DNA from: Calditrichaceae bacterium
Lineage (GTDB): Bacteria > Calditrichota > Calditrichia > Calditrichales > JBFXGD01
Length of the DNA stretch: 22,382 nucleotides
Direction of reading: 5' to 3'
Assembly: GCA_050178385.1 (NCBI GenBank)
Contig: JBFXGD010000045.1
Location: 1 to 22,382 of the forward strand
A program made the translations under genes and the position numbers. Positions 9,375 through 19,130 of this stretch are shown piece by piece. Below the pieces are notes generated by a model. That model ran no database searches. It saw only the letters and a list, made by a program, of their open reading frames with translations, and was not told where the DNA came from. How positions within the stretch are numbered: the stretch's first letter is position 1; each line of letters opens with the position of its first letter.

Positions 9375-9565
9375 AATGTTACCGTTATAGTTAGAAAACT
9401 CTCTTAAATTTCAAATTGAAATGGCCACAAATTTACAGAAAAATCGTTTTTTTAGATTTTCGGATTATTTTTCATATTCTTATTCAGAAGTATCGTCCAC
9501 GCTATAACACGCCTTGTTCTGTTTAATAGATAAGTAGTTAAAACTTTATCGAAAAGGGAGGCAAT

Positions 9566-11074
9566 ATGAACAATTTTTTAATTCAAATCACGGATTTGGT
9601 TGGAGCATATGTCCCAAATCTTATCGGGGCTGTACTAATTCTGGTTGTTGGCTGGATAATAGCTCTGATTATTTCCGCCGGGTTTCGAACGGTCATTAAA
9701 AAAACAGGTTTGGATAAAAAAATGATGGGCTGGATCAGCGGCGGCGAAGAAGATAAGGAAGTCCCGGTCGCGAAGTATATCTCTAAAACAATCTTTTACC
9801 TGATCATGTTGTTTGTTCTGATCGCATTTTTTCAAACACTGGGACTGACGGTTATTACGGAACCCCTAAACGATTTGTTGAGCAAAGTGTTTGAATACGT
9901 ACCGCAGATTCTGGCGGCAGGTCTGCTTTTATTGGTTGCCTGGATTGTCGCCAGTTTATTAAGGTTAGGAATTACGCGTCTTCTCACAGCTGTAAAATTG
10001 GACGAAAAAATTAGCGATCAAACAGGGACTGAAGAGCAAAAAAGTATTCCCATATCAAAAACCCTGGCGGGTGCGGCATACTGGCTTATATTTCTGTTGT
10101 TTCTTCCCGCGATACTGGATACACTCCGGATTGATGGTCTTTTATCACCTGTACAGCAGATGATCAATGAGATTTTAACATTTTTGCCAAATATATTTAC
10201 GGGACTCATTATCCTGCTGATAGGTTGGTTTTTTGCCACTATATTGAGAAAAATTGTCACCAATCTGTCTTCTGCTGTCGGTGTTGACCGTTTAAGTAAG
10301 AATGTTGGTCTTGATAGCGTTATTGGCAGTCAGCAGTTTTCCGGATTGCTGGGACTGATCGTATATGTGCTGATTCTAATTCCTGTTCTTATAGCCGCGC
10401 TTGAAGCAATGGCCATTGATTCGATCACTCAACCGGCAATGAACATGCTCAACATGATGTTCAGCGCACTACCCGCGCTTTTTGCGGCTGTGTTGATCCT
10501 TCTGATATCTTATATCGTTGGTAAAATCATATCCGCGCTTGTTGTAAATCTGCTTAGCGGAATTGGATTTAACAAAATATGGGTAAAGCTCGGATTTTCA
10601 CGCGAAGACTTGACCGGGCAGAAATCACCTTCGGATTTTATAGGATATCTGGTTTTAATTGCCATTCTGTTTTTTGCCCTGATTGAAGCGTTCAATATTC
10701 TAAAATTTGATTTGCTGGCTGATTTATTTGCAAAATTTACGGTGTTCGCGGGGCAAATTCTTGTTGGGATTATCATATTGGGTATAGGGATATTTTTTGC
10801 AAATCTTGCCGCTAACAAGATCAGAGAGAGCGGGAGTAATTATGCGGCCTTTTTCTCAATACTTACAAGGATCGCTATTCTTGTTCTTGTGGGATCAATG
10901 GCTTTGCAGCAGATGGGATTCGGGGAAGAAATAATCGTGCTCGCTTTCGGGATCACTCTCGGGGCAATAGCAATTGCTTTTGCCATCGCATTCGGAATCG
11001 GCGGCAGGGATATGGCGTCGACTCAGTTGAAAGATTGGATGGAAACAATCCGGACGGGAAAATCCGTAAAATAG
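9566..11074 (+). CDS. TM-helix repeat protein (CmpX-like, mechanosensitive-channel-related)
   Basis: Five repeats of the type YVPNLIGAVLILVVGW (also YVPQILAAG, FLPNIFTG, ALPALFAA, FAGQILVG) and C-terminal AIAFGIGGRD. GGGAGG RBS. Confidence 0.88.
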   Translation: MNNFLIQITDLVGAYVPNLIGAVLILVVGWIIALIISAGFRTVIKKTGLDKKMMGWISGGEEDKEVPVAKYISKTIFYLIMLFVLIAFFQTLGLTVITEPLNDLLSKVFEYVPQILAAGLLLLVAWIVASLLRLGITRLLTAVKLDEKISDQTGTEEQKSIPISKTLAGAAYWLIFLLFLPAILDTLRIDGLLSPVQQMINEILTFLPNIFTGLIILLIGWFFATILRKIVTNLSSAVGVDRLSKNVGLDSVIGSQQFSGLLGLIVYVLILIPVLIAALEAMAIDSITQPAMNMLNMMFSALPALFAAVLILLISYIVGKIISALVVNLLSGIGFNKIWVKLGFSREDLTGQKSPSDFIGYLVLIAILFFALIEAFNILKFDLLADLFAKFTVFAGQILVGIIILGIGIFFANLAANKIRESGSNYAAFFSILTRIAILVLVGSMALQQMGFGEEIIVLAFGITLGAIAIAFAIAFGIGGRDMASTQLKDWMETIRTGKSVK

Positions 11075-11249
11075 ACGGCAATGAATCCGGGATATAATAA
11101 ACAATCAAATAGAACTTTGTCTTAAAATGAATAATTTGTTTGATCTGTTGGAAGGATTGAATTAATATAAAGCGTTCTTTGAATTGATATTCGGAAGAAT
11201 CGATTCGATAGCCATGGAATCAGTCTCCTAAATAATGTGAGAGGTCGGA

Positions 11250-12317
11250 ATGGTAAAAAAACTCATGAAGCTAAGATCAAAAAAAATTGGTCTTCCACCG
11301 GGAACAATGGTTTTTGTCGGTGATAAAAAGGTTGAGAATGTATCGATTTCGGTCATTGATTATAATCAGGATCATTACGAAGCGAGACAACTGCTCAAAA
11401 TCGAAGAGGCATTTCCATTCAAAAAAACGCCAACGGTCAGCTGGTTAAATATAAATGGTTTACACGATATTGAAATTCTGGAGAAGATAGGCTCGCATTA
11501 TGATATTCATCCGCTGATACTTGAAGATATACTCAATACTGATCAGCGCCCGAAAGTTGAAGTGTTTGAAAATTATATATTTATTGTTCTAAAAATGATT
11601 ACATACAATGCGGTAAAGGAAGATGTTCTTATTGAACAGGTGAGCCTGCTGATCGGTGATAATTTTGTGATTACATTTCAGGAGTTTGAAGGGGATCTTT
11701 TTCAGCCTGTCCGTGAACGAATCGAGGGAGGAAAAGGGCGCCTTCGCAAAAGCGGCCCGGACTATCTCATGTATGCGATCATGGACGTGCTGATTGATAA
11801 TTATTTTTTTGTACTTGAACAACTCGGCGAAACAGTGGAGAATCTTGAAGAAAAGGTTCTTCTGGAACCGAGCCAACTTATTATTCATGATATACAGCGC
11901 ATGAAGCGGGAGCTTATTTTTTTGAGAAAGTCCGTCTGGCCGCTCAGAGAAGTGATAAGTAATCTGATAAGAGAAGATTCAGTCCTGATAAAATCGACTA
12001 CGGACCCATTCCTCAGAGATCTTTACGATCATACAATTCAGGTGGTTGACACCGTCGAAACATTCCGTGATATGGTTTCGGGAATTCTGGATATTTATCT
12101 GTCCAGTATAAGCAATAAAATGAATGAAGTCATGAAGGTGCTTACCATCATCGCCACCATATTTATTCCGCTGACATTTTTTGCGGGTATATACGGTATG
12201 AATTTTGAATTTATGCCCGAACTGCATTTTCGCTGGGCCTATCCGGCTCTCTGGGGGGCTATGTTAACAATTGCCATCATAATGGTGGCGTATTTTCGCC
12301 GGAAAAGATGGCTTTAA
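11250..12317 (+). CDS. corA: Magnesium/cobalt transporter CorA
   Basis: GLPPG N-terminus, WLNINGLHD, LEDILNTDQRPK, NEVMKVLT and the YGMNF..MPEL signature. Confidence 0.97.
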   Translation: MVKKLMKLRSKKIGLPPGTMVFVGDKKVENVSISVIDYNQDHYEARQLLKIEEAFPFKKTPTVSWLNINGLHDIEILEKIGSHYDIHPLILEDILNTDQRPKVEVFENYIFIVLKMITYNAVKEDVLIEQVSLLIGDNFVITFQEFEGDLFQPVRERIEGGKGRLRKSGPDYLMYAIMDVLIDNYFFVLEQLGETVENLEEKVLLEPSQLIIHDIQRMKRELIFLRKSVWPLREVISNLIREDSVLIKSTTDPFLRDLYDHTIQVVDTVETFRDMVSGILDIYLSSISNKMNEVMKVLTIIATIFIPLTFFAGIYGMNFEFMPELHFRWAYPALWGAMLTIAIIMVAYFRRKRWL

Positions 12318-12426
12318 AAATGATATGGAACTGATGAGACACCACCGGCGTTTGGAATGAAAATCAGATTTAGTATTTTTATCATTATTCATTCTGTATC
12401 AATATAATTTATCCGGGAAATTAAAT

Positions 12427-13515
12427 ATGATGAAAAAAATTGGTGTCTTGACGGGCGGGGGAGATTGTCCAGGGCTGAATGCGGTTATCCGCGCGGTGGT
12501 AAAAACGGCAATTAACGATTACGGGATATCGGTTGTAGGCATTGAGGATGGGTTTGACGGTCTGGTAAAAAACCGCGTCAAAAATCTCGATTATGAAACG
12601 GTAAGCGGTATTCTCTCCGTAGGAGGCACTATATTAGGTTCATCAAATCGCGCTGATCCCTTCGCTTATGTCGAAGAACAAAACGGAAAAATGACCGAAA
12701 AGGTTGACCGTTCTGATGATGCGGTGGAAAATTTTCATAAAAGAGGGCTTGACGCGCTTGTTTGTACAGGCGGTGACGGTACGATGAGCATCGCCCATGG
12801 ATTGATGGCAAAGGGAATACCGGTGATCGGTGTCCCCAAAACGATTGATAATGACCTTTATGGAACGGATGTCACATTTGGTTTTGATTCCGCAGTTCAG
12901 ATAGTCACCGAAGCGATTGACAGGCTACATACAACGGCTCAATCGCATCATCGTGTGATGGTTATCGAGACAATGGGACGATATGCCGGGTGGCTGGCGT
13001 TGACCGGCGGAGTAGCCGGCGGCGGAGACATTGTTTTGATTCCTGAAATTCCCTACAGCTTAGAATCAATTGCCGAAAGGGTGAGATTTAGAAATAAACA
13101 CGGCAAAAGATTCAGCATTGTTGTGGTCGCGGAGGGGGTCAAATTACCCGGTGGAGGGTATAAAATTGATCATCGCGATGAAGCCAGTCATGATCCGATC
13201 AGACTTGGAGGAATAGGCGTGTGGATTGCCCGTCAGATAGAAGAAATGACCGGAATTTCATCCAGGGCGACAATTTTAGGGCATCTGCAACGCGGAGGCA
13301 GCCCGACGGCTTATGACCGTGTATTAGCGACCAGATTTGGCAGAGAAGCAATGAAATTTGCCTATGAAGGGGAATTAGGAGTGATGGTTGGTCTTAAAGG
13401 AGATGCCATAAAAACGACTCCGCTCGATCAGATTGCCAATCGTCAAAGACTGGTTACGCCTGAATCTGCGCTAATTATGGCGGCAAAATCGGTTGGAACC
13501 AGTTTCGGTGAATAA
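12427..13515 (+). CDS. pfkA: 6-phosphofructokinase (PfkA family, group III-like)
   Basis: LTGGGDCPGLN, GGTILGSS, GGDG, PKTIDND, ETMGR and LGHLQRGG motifs. Confidence 0.96.
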   Translation: MMKKIGVLTGGGDCPGLNAVIRAVVKTAINDYGISVVGIEDGFDGLVKNRVKNLDYETVSGILSVGGTILGSSNRADPFAYVEEQNGKMTEKVDRSDDAVENFHKRGLDALVCTGGDGTMSIAHGLMAKGIPVIGVPKTIDNDLYGTDVTFGFDSAVQIVTEAIDRLHTTAQSHHRVMVIETMGRYAGWLALTGGVAGGGDIVLIPEIPYSLESIAERVRFRNKHGKRFSIVVVAEGVKLPGGGYKIDHRDEASHDPIRLGGIGVWIARQIEEMTGISSRATILGHLQRGGSPTAYDRVLATRFGREAMKFAYEGELGVMVGLKGDAIKTTPLDQIANRQRLVTPESALIMAAKSVGTSFGE

Positions 13516-13580
13516 TCCGAAAGTCACAGCGTTAGTAGAATAAATTCAATCATCTATATATTTTATAAGCGGAGTCCGGC

Positions 13581-16112
13581 ATGAGACATGATAAAACCCA
13601 TACATCCACGACCGAAAAAATTTCCCGGCTCGAAAAATTATCCCCATCAACAAACGAATTCAAACGGACAGATATTGAGTCACTTGAAGTCTCGTTTGTC
13701 AATCATTTAGAATTCTCCCTGGCGAAAGATGAGTATTCCGCAACGAATCGCGATTTTTTTAAAAGTCTGGCTCTGACAATAAGAGACCGTCTCATTCAGA
13801 AATGGATCGAAACTCAGCAAACCTATTATAAAAAAGAAGCGAAACGGGTCTATTATCTTTCGATGGAATATTTAACGGGAAGATTGATGGGTGATGCCCT
13901 GAATAATCTGAATCTATACGAAAATGCCGCCAAGGCCGTCGATGATCTGGGACTTGATTTTGACACGCTTCGGGAACTGGAATTTGACGCGGGTCTTGGC
14001 AACGGAGGCCTGGGAAGACTTGCAGCCTGTTTTATGGATTCCATGGCGACTCTTGAGCTTCCCGCCTACGGTTATGGAATCCGATATGAATATGGAATAT
14101 TTTCACAAAAAATTGAAAACGGATGTCAAAGGGAAATACCCGATCCCTGGCTCCGCTATGGTAATCCCTGGGAAATTGAGCGGCCCGAATACATCTATCT
14201 GGTGCAATTTTACGGAAAGGTCGAACAGGTAACGGGACCTGACGGAAAACCGCGTTACTCATGGACGGATACGGATGAAATACTTGCCATGGCGCATGAC
14301 ACTCCTATTCCGGGTTACAGAAACAATACTGTAAACAACCTGCGGCTTTGGTCGGCAAAATCAACACGTGATTTTAATCTGGAATATTTTAATCATGGTA
14401 ATTATGAAAAAGCAGTGAGCGAAAAAATAGAGTCTGAAGTAATTTCAAAAGTTTTGTACCCCAGGGACGATTTTGTCGAAGGGAGAGAACTTCGTATAAA
14501 ACAGGAGTATTTTCTTGTTTCATCGACTCTTCAGGATATTGTAAGAAGATATAAAAAACAGCGTAATGATCAATTTAAAGATTTTCCAAAAAAAGTCGCC
14601 ATTCAGTTAAACGACACGCATCCGGCCCTCGCTATTCCGGAATTGATGCGGATTCTGGTCGATCTCGAAAATTTGGAATGGGAAACTGCATGGGATATAA
14701 CAACAAAAACCTTTGCCTATACCAATCATACGGTAATGCCGGAGGCTCTGGAAAAATGGACCCTGAATTTATTGGCCCGCGTTCTGCCCCGGCATTTACA
14801 GATAATTTTTGAAATCAACGAACATTTTCTAAATCAGGTAAATTCCATGTATCCGGGAGACATTCATCGTCTTCGGAATATGAGCATTATTGAAGAAGGA
14901 AAAGATAAAAAAATCCGCATGGCAAATCTGGCGATTGTGGGTAGTCATTCAGTCAATGGGGTAGCGGAACTGCATACAGAAATTCTTAAAAAAGATGTGT
15001 TCAGATATTTTTATGAATTATGGCCGGAAAAGTTTAATAATAAGACGAATGGAATAACACAGCGCCGGTGGCTGAATTTAAGTAACAAAGGACTCTCTAA
15101 TCTCATTTCCGAAAAAATAGGCGATGGTTGGATTAAAGATCTCTTCAAACTGAAAAAGCTGGAGGATTACAGATCGGATAATGAATTTCATAAAAAATGG
15201 AATGAAGTTAAGAAGAACAACAAAATAAAACTCGCAAAGTATATCCTTGAGAACAATAACATCAAAATCAACCCGGATTCCATGTTTGACGTGCAGGTCA
15301 AAAGACTTCATGAGTATAAGCGGCAGCTGATGAATGTGCTGCATGTAATCACATTGTATAACCGGATCAAAGCGGATCCGGCATTGGAAATAGTACCGAG
15401 GACATTTATTTTTGCCGGGAAAGCGGCGCCCGCTTATACGATGGCGAAACTCATCATAAAACTGATTAATTCAGTCGCCGATATTGTCAATAAAGATCCG
15501 GATATCGGGGATAAACTTAAAGTTGTGTTTCTTGCCAATTATTCAGTATCTCTCGCTCAAAAAATTATACCGGCGGCGGACTTGTCTGAACAAATATCAA
15601 CGGCCGGAATGGAAGCTTCCGGAACAGGCAACATGAAGTTCGCGCTAAACGGCGCACTGACAATCGGGACGCTTGATGGAGCTAATATAGAGATTAAAAA
15701 TGAAGTCGGGGATGAAAATATATTTATCTTTGGACTGACCGCGGAAAAAGTTGCTGAACTTCGCTACAGCGGTTATAAACCCGATGAGTATTATCAGGCA
15801 AATGATGAGTTGAAAAAGGTAATACAGATGATCAGGAGCGGGTACTTTTCGCCTGATAAACCGGAATTATTCAAGCCAATTGCGGATTCGCTGATCGAAC
15901 AGGGAGATTATTATATGGTCCTCGCTGATTTCGCGGATTATATCAGATGTCAGGAAGATGTGAGCAGTGTGTATCGCAATAAGAAAAAATGGACGGAAAT
16001 GTGTATCGTAAATGTGGCAAATATGGGAAAATTCTCCAGTGACCGCACAATAAAGGGGTATGCCGAGGAAATTTGGAATACGCCGCCTGTGCCGATAAAG
16101 CTCTCAGAATAA
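13581..16112 (+). CDS. glgP: Glycogen/starch/alpha-glucan phosphorylase
   Basis: GLGNGGLGRLAAC, QLNDTHP, VKRLHEYKRQ, PLP-lysine motif EASGTGNMK and GKFSSDRTI. Confidence 0.98.
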   Translation: MRHDKTHTSTTEKISRLEKLSPSTNEFKRTDIESLEVSFVNHLEFSLAKDEYSATNRDFFKSLALTIRDRLIQKWIETQQTYYKKEAKRVYYLSMEYLTGRLMGDALNNLNLYENAAKAVDDLGLDFDTLRELEFDAGLGNGGLGRLAACFMDSMATLELPAYGYGIRYEYGIFSQKIENGCQREIPDPWLRYGNPWEIERPEYIYLVQFYGKVEQVTGPDGKPRYSWTDTDEILAMAHDTPIPGYRNNTVNNLRLWSAKSTRDFNLEYFNHGNYEKAVSEKIESEVISKVLYPRDDFVEGRELRIKQEYFLVSSTLQDIVRRYKKQRNDQFKDFPKKVAIQLNDTHPALAIPELMRILVDLENLEWETAWDITTKTFAYTNHTVMPEALEKWTLNLLARVLPRHLQIIFEINEHFLNQVNSMYPGDIHRLRNMSIIEEGKDKKIRMANLAIVGSHSVNGVAELHTEILKKDVFRYFYELWPEKFNNKTNGITQRRWLNLSNKGLSNLISEKIGDGWIKDLFKLKKLEDYRSDNEFHKKWNEVKKNNKIKLAKYILENNNIKINPDSMFDVQVKRLHEYKRQLMNVLHVITLYNRIKADPALEIVPRTFIFAGKAAPAYTMAKLIIKLINSVADIVNKDPDIGDKLKVVFLANYSVSLAQKIIPAADLSEQISTAGMEASGTGNMKFALNGALTIGTLDGANIEIKNEVGDENIFIFGLTAEKVAELRYSGYKPDEYYQANDELKKVIQMIRSGYFSPDKPELFKPIADSLIEQGDYYMVLADFADYIRCQEDVSSVYRNKKKWTEMCIVNVANMGKFSSDRTIKGYAEEIWNTPPVPIKLSE

Positions 16113-16134
16113 CATATAAGTAGTCTAATAAATG

Positions 16135-16178
16135 AAATAGCTGGGGCTTCAGTTAAAAAATGCTCCAGCTATTTTTTT
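16135..16178 (+). terminator. Intrinsic terminator after glgP
   Basis: AAATAGCTGGGGC pairs with GCTCCAGCTATTT, followed by a T-run. Confidence 0.8.
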
Positions 16179-16253
16179 AGCGATCAAAATTGAATTTATT
16201 AATCTGTCAGACAATGTATTGCCACAACCTTTCTTGATTTTATATAAGGAGAT

Positions 16254-17342
16254 ATGATTATGAAGACTAATTTCATGATAATTTTTCTCTTTGTGTTTAT
16301 TGTAGTCGCATCGGCTCAGGATATTTCCCGGGAGACAAGCCTGGACTGCGCGCAATGTCACAGCAGGATTTATGAGGATTGGAGCCGGTCCATGCACGCG
16401 CTTTCCACACCAGATAAAGATATCCTGTATCAAAAGATGATGAATTGGGCAATTGATGATACAAAAGGAAAGGCAGCCGGGCTATGTAAGAAATGTCATA
16501 TGCCCTTCGAAGAATCCACCCTTACAAAAAATCCGGTTGATTGTATTTATTGCCATTCAATGGAAAATTCGGCCGGCAGGATCCTTTTATCCAAAACCAA
16601 ATATTCCGCTCATGACAATGATCAATCGGAATATCATAAAATCGAAGCCCGGGATCATTTCAAAAACGGACAGCTCTGTATGGTATGTCACTCAAAACTG
16701 GTTAATGCGATGGATGTGGATATTTGTATTACGGGGATAGAATATGAGAGCTCCGGAAATAACGCAAAATCCTGTCAGTCATGCCATATGCCGCTTGTAA
16801 CCGGTTCAAATTCAGACGATTTATCTTCCAGCGGCATGATCAGCCAGCATTCTTTTTTAGGTCCGCACGATGAAAATTTTCTTAAGGAATCATTAAGGCT
16901 GGATCTTAAATATGCGGATAGCCGGTTAACGGTGATAATAGATAATTCAGCGACTCCGCATGCCTATCCAACGGGAACACCGCTTCGCACGGTTATTCTA
17001 AAAGTTGCCGGATATGATGCTGATGGCCGAATAACATTTGAGAATTGGAAAAATGATCCGCTGGCAGAAGATCGTCACGCTGTGTTCAACAGAGTCTTTG
17101 AAGACGATGAGCATCAATTTCCGGTTATGCCGTGGAGGGCGGCCGGTGTAAAAATCGATACAAGAATAAAAGCGGGTGAAATTCGTGAACTCGAGTACAA
17201 GGTACCCGGTATTACCAAAAAAATCAGCGCGAAATTGCTCTTCAGACTGGCGCCGGAAAACATTTTGGACCATCTGCAGATTGATGACCCCTATCTAAGA
17301 AAAGCGCATCTAATCAACCAATCGGAATTAATATTAAATTGA
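16254..17342 (+). CDS. Exported pentaheme c-type cytochrome (cytochrome c554-like family)
   Basis: Signal peptide (...VASA-QD) and five CxxCH motifs (CAQCH, CKKCH, CIYCH, CMVCH, CQSCH). Also CxxCH..IYEDW..SMHA, HSFLGPH and HAYPTG. AAGGAG RBS. Confidence 0.88.
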   Translation: MIMKTNFMIIFLFVFIVVASAQDISRETSLDCAQCHSRIYEDWSRSMHALSTPDKDILYQKMMNWAIDDTKGKAAGLCKKCHMPFEESTLTKNPVDCIYCHSMENSAGRILLSKTKYSAHDNDQSEYHKIEARDHFKNGQLCMVCHSKLVNAMDVDICITGIEYESSGNNAKSCQSCHMPLVTGSNSDDLSSSGMISQHSFLGPHDENFLKESLRLDLKYADSRLTVIIDNSATPHAYPTGTPLRTVILKVAGYDADGRITFENWKNDPLAEDRHAVFNRVFEDDEHQFPVMPWRAAGVKIDTRIKAGEIRELEYKVPGITKKISAKLLFRLAPENILDHLQIDDPYLRKAHLINQSELILN

Positions 17343-17359
17343 TGTATGAGGCGGGTCAA

Positions 17360-17569
17360 ATGATCACTAAAGAAATGACGATCGAAGAAATCGTTGAACG
17401 ATATCCCGAGACCATATCGCCAATGCAAAAGTTGGGTGTAAAGTGTATCGTTTGCGGCGAACCGGTATGGGGGACGCTTGAAGAAAATGTCCTTGAAAAG
17501 GGACTTAATCTGGAAGAAATCATCTTTAAATTAAATCAAGTGACTCAGGAAGCTGCGGAAGAAAAATAA
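17360..17569 (+). CDS. DUF1858 domain protein
   Basis: MITKEMTIEEIVERYPET...GVKCIVCG...TLEE pattern. ATG 17360 preceded by GAGGCGG is preferred over the 17339 start. Confidence 0.85.
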   Translation: MITKEMTIEEIVERYPETISPMQKLGVKCIVCGEPVWGTLEENVLEKGLNLEEIIFKLNQVTQEAAEEK

Positions 17570-17610
17570 CAAAATCTTATTAGGCTTTAATAACAGAGGG
17601 GAAACTTACA

Positions 17611-17814
17611 TTGATTAAAAATAAATGGGTAAAATTTACTGTTTTTGGCGTCCTGGGAGCGATCGCCGGATTTTCATACTATTATTTTATAGGTTGTACG
17701 ACTAACACATGCGCGATTACAAGCAATCCTTATATAAGTACAGGTTATGGACTTGGCGCGGGTTTGCTACTCGGCTGGCCGGCAAAATCGAAATCGAATA
17801 CGGAGAATCAATAA
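17611..17814 (+). CDS. DUF6132-like small membrane protein
   Basis: GAIAGFSYYYFIGCTTNTCAITSNPYISTGYG between two hydrophobic segments. GAGGGG RBS and TTG start. Confidence 0.82.
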   Translation: MIKNKWVKFTVFGVLGAIAGFSYYYFIGCTTNTCAITSNPYISTGYGLGAGLLLGWPAKSKSNTENQ

Positions 17815-18204
17815 ATGCAGGGATTTTTATATTTAATATTGGTAATTGTCGGTTTTTTTGTAGTAATGCAGCTGTACATCAGAATTTCATCTGTCATGAA
17901 AAAAGGTAAGATTGTTGATGGCGTAAATGGGAAGATAGGAAAAGATATTAAAGCCGGCAAGCGTATCCTGGTATATTTTTATTCAAATAGCTGCGCGGCC
18001 TGCAAGCCAATGACTCCAATAATAGATAAATTAAAAAAGGAATTTGAATCCATTCATACAGTGAATCTGGCAAAGGATATGGAAACGGCAAGAGCATTCG
18101 GGGTGATGGGAACACCGGCAACCGTTCTGGTGGAAAATAAAAAAATTATGTCATTTAATCTTGGCGCGAAATCTGAAGTTTTTTTAAGAAAACTGCTAAA
18201 CTGA
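17815..18204 (+). CDS. Membrane-anchored thioredoxin-family protein
   Basis: N-terminal TM, VYFYSNSCAACKPM (CxxC) and cis-Pro loop GVMGTPA. Starts immediately after the previous stop codon. Confidence 0.88.
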   Translation: MQGFLYLILVIVGFFVVMQLYIRISSVMKKGKIVDGVNGKIGKDIKAGKRILVYFYSNSCAACKPMTPIIDKLKKEFESIHTVNLAKDMETARAFGVMGTPATVLVENKKIMSFNLGAKSEVFLRKLLN

Positions 18205-18222
18205 AATACCATTTAAATAAAC

Positions 18223-18246
18223 AAGCGGGATCATCCCGCTTTTTTT
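18223..18246 (+). terminator. Intrinsic terminator
   Basis: AAGCGGGA-TCA-TCCCGCTT followed by a T-run. Confidence 0.85.
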
Positions 18247-18364
18247 ATTTTTTGTAGTTTTTTCCTGATATAATTCATAATATAAAAAAGAATTTAATAT
18301 TTTCTGTGAAATGGTTTGAAATAAATCAGATTGACACAGATATTTATTTTAATGGGGATAAAAG

Positions 18365-18913
18365 ATGCAGGATCTTGTCAGACTCCACGTGCCTTGCCGT
18401 CTTGAATACACCAAATTAGTCGAAGACTTCACTGAATCCATTAGCGGACACATTCAATCTGCGAATTCGCAATTTAATCAAAAGCTGAGAACGGTGATGA
18501 ACGAGGTTTTTATCAATGTGGTGGAGCATTCCGATACCGCGGCCAAGAATGAAATTGTCCGTTTTCAGTTCGAGATTGGCATGAAATATTTTTCGATTTC
18601 AATCTATGATTATGGTCCGGGGTTTAACGCGGATGGCAATTATCCGCCTTATCCTAAAAATCTGACCGGGAAAAAATTTAAACTCAGAGATGTTGTTGAC
18701 GGCACCGTCTCCTATACGGTGGTAGATCCCTTTAGTCTTTCATTCAGCTTTGAAGAAAATGAAGAAGCCGATTTGGATATGTTCGATGAACTTTCAAATC
18801 TAAAAGAACACGGACTGGGTATGTCTATTGTTACGAAATTGATGGATAGTGTTACATATTCATATATAGGAGAAGGCAAATTTGACTGGAAACTCATTAA
18901 ACAACTGGAGTAG
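18365..18913 (+). CDS. RsbW/SpoIIAB-like anti-sigma factor Ser/Thr kinase (HATPase_c)
   Basis: N-box NEVFINVVEHS, G1 box DYGPGF, G2 box EHGLGMSIV and LMDSVTY. Confidence 0.85.
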   Translation: MQDLVRLHVPCRLEYTKLVEDFTESISGHIQSANSQFNQKLRTVMNEVFINVVEHSDTAAKNEIVRFQFEIGMKYFSISIYDYGPGFNADGNYPPYPKNLTGKKFKLRDVVDGTVSYTVVDPFSLSFSFEENEEADLDMFDELSNLKEHGLGMSIVTKLMDSVTYSYIGEGKFDWKLIKQLE

Positions 18914-19089
18914 GACTTAGATTGTCTTCAGTTTGCCTGATGAAAATTAAAAACGTTAAGCTTTTATTAAAGATATGCTCCGATTCAGCGACAGAATATC
19001 TATAAACCTTTTGAGTAATGAATAATATTCAACAGTTCACAAATTATTTCCGAAGTCCTCTACACGTTAGGTCTCATTTATTTATAAAG

Positions 19090-19130
19090 AAATGTTAACA
19101 TTTTTCTCCTATTCAGTATAAAATGTTAAG
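19090..19130. promoter_or_regulatory. Candidate operator palindrome with repeated partial site
   Basis: Perfect 14-bp palindrome AAATGTTAACATTT (19090-19103). AAATGTTAA recurs at 19121-19129. Confidence 0.35.

Noticed and set aside
17340..18204. Selenocysteine read-through at TGA stops in the redox operon
   Set aside because: The TGA codons lie at natural C-termini, and all redox motifs are ordinary Cys codons.
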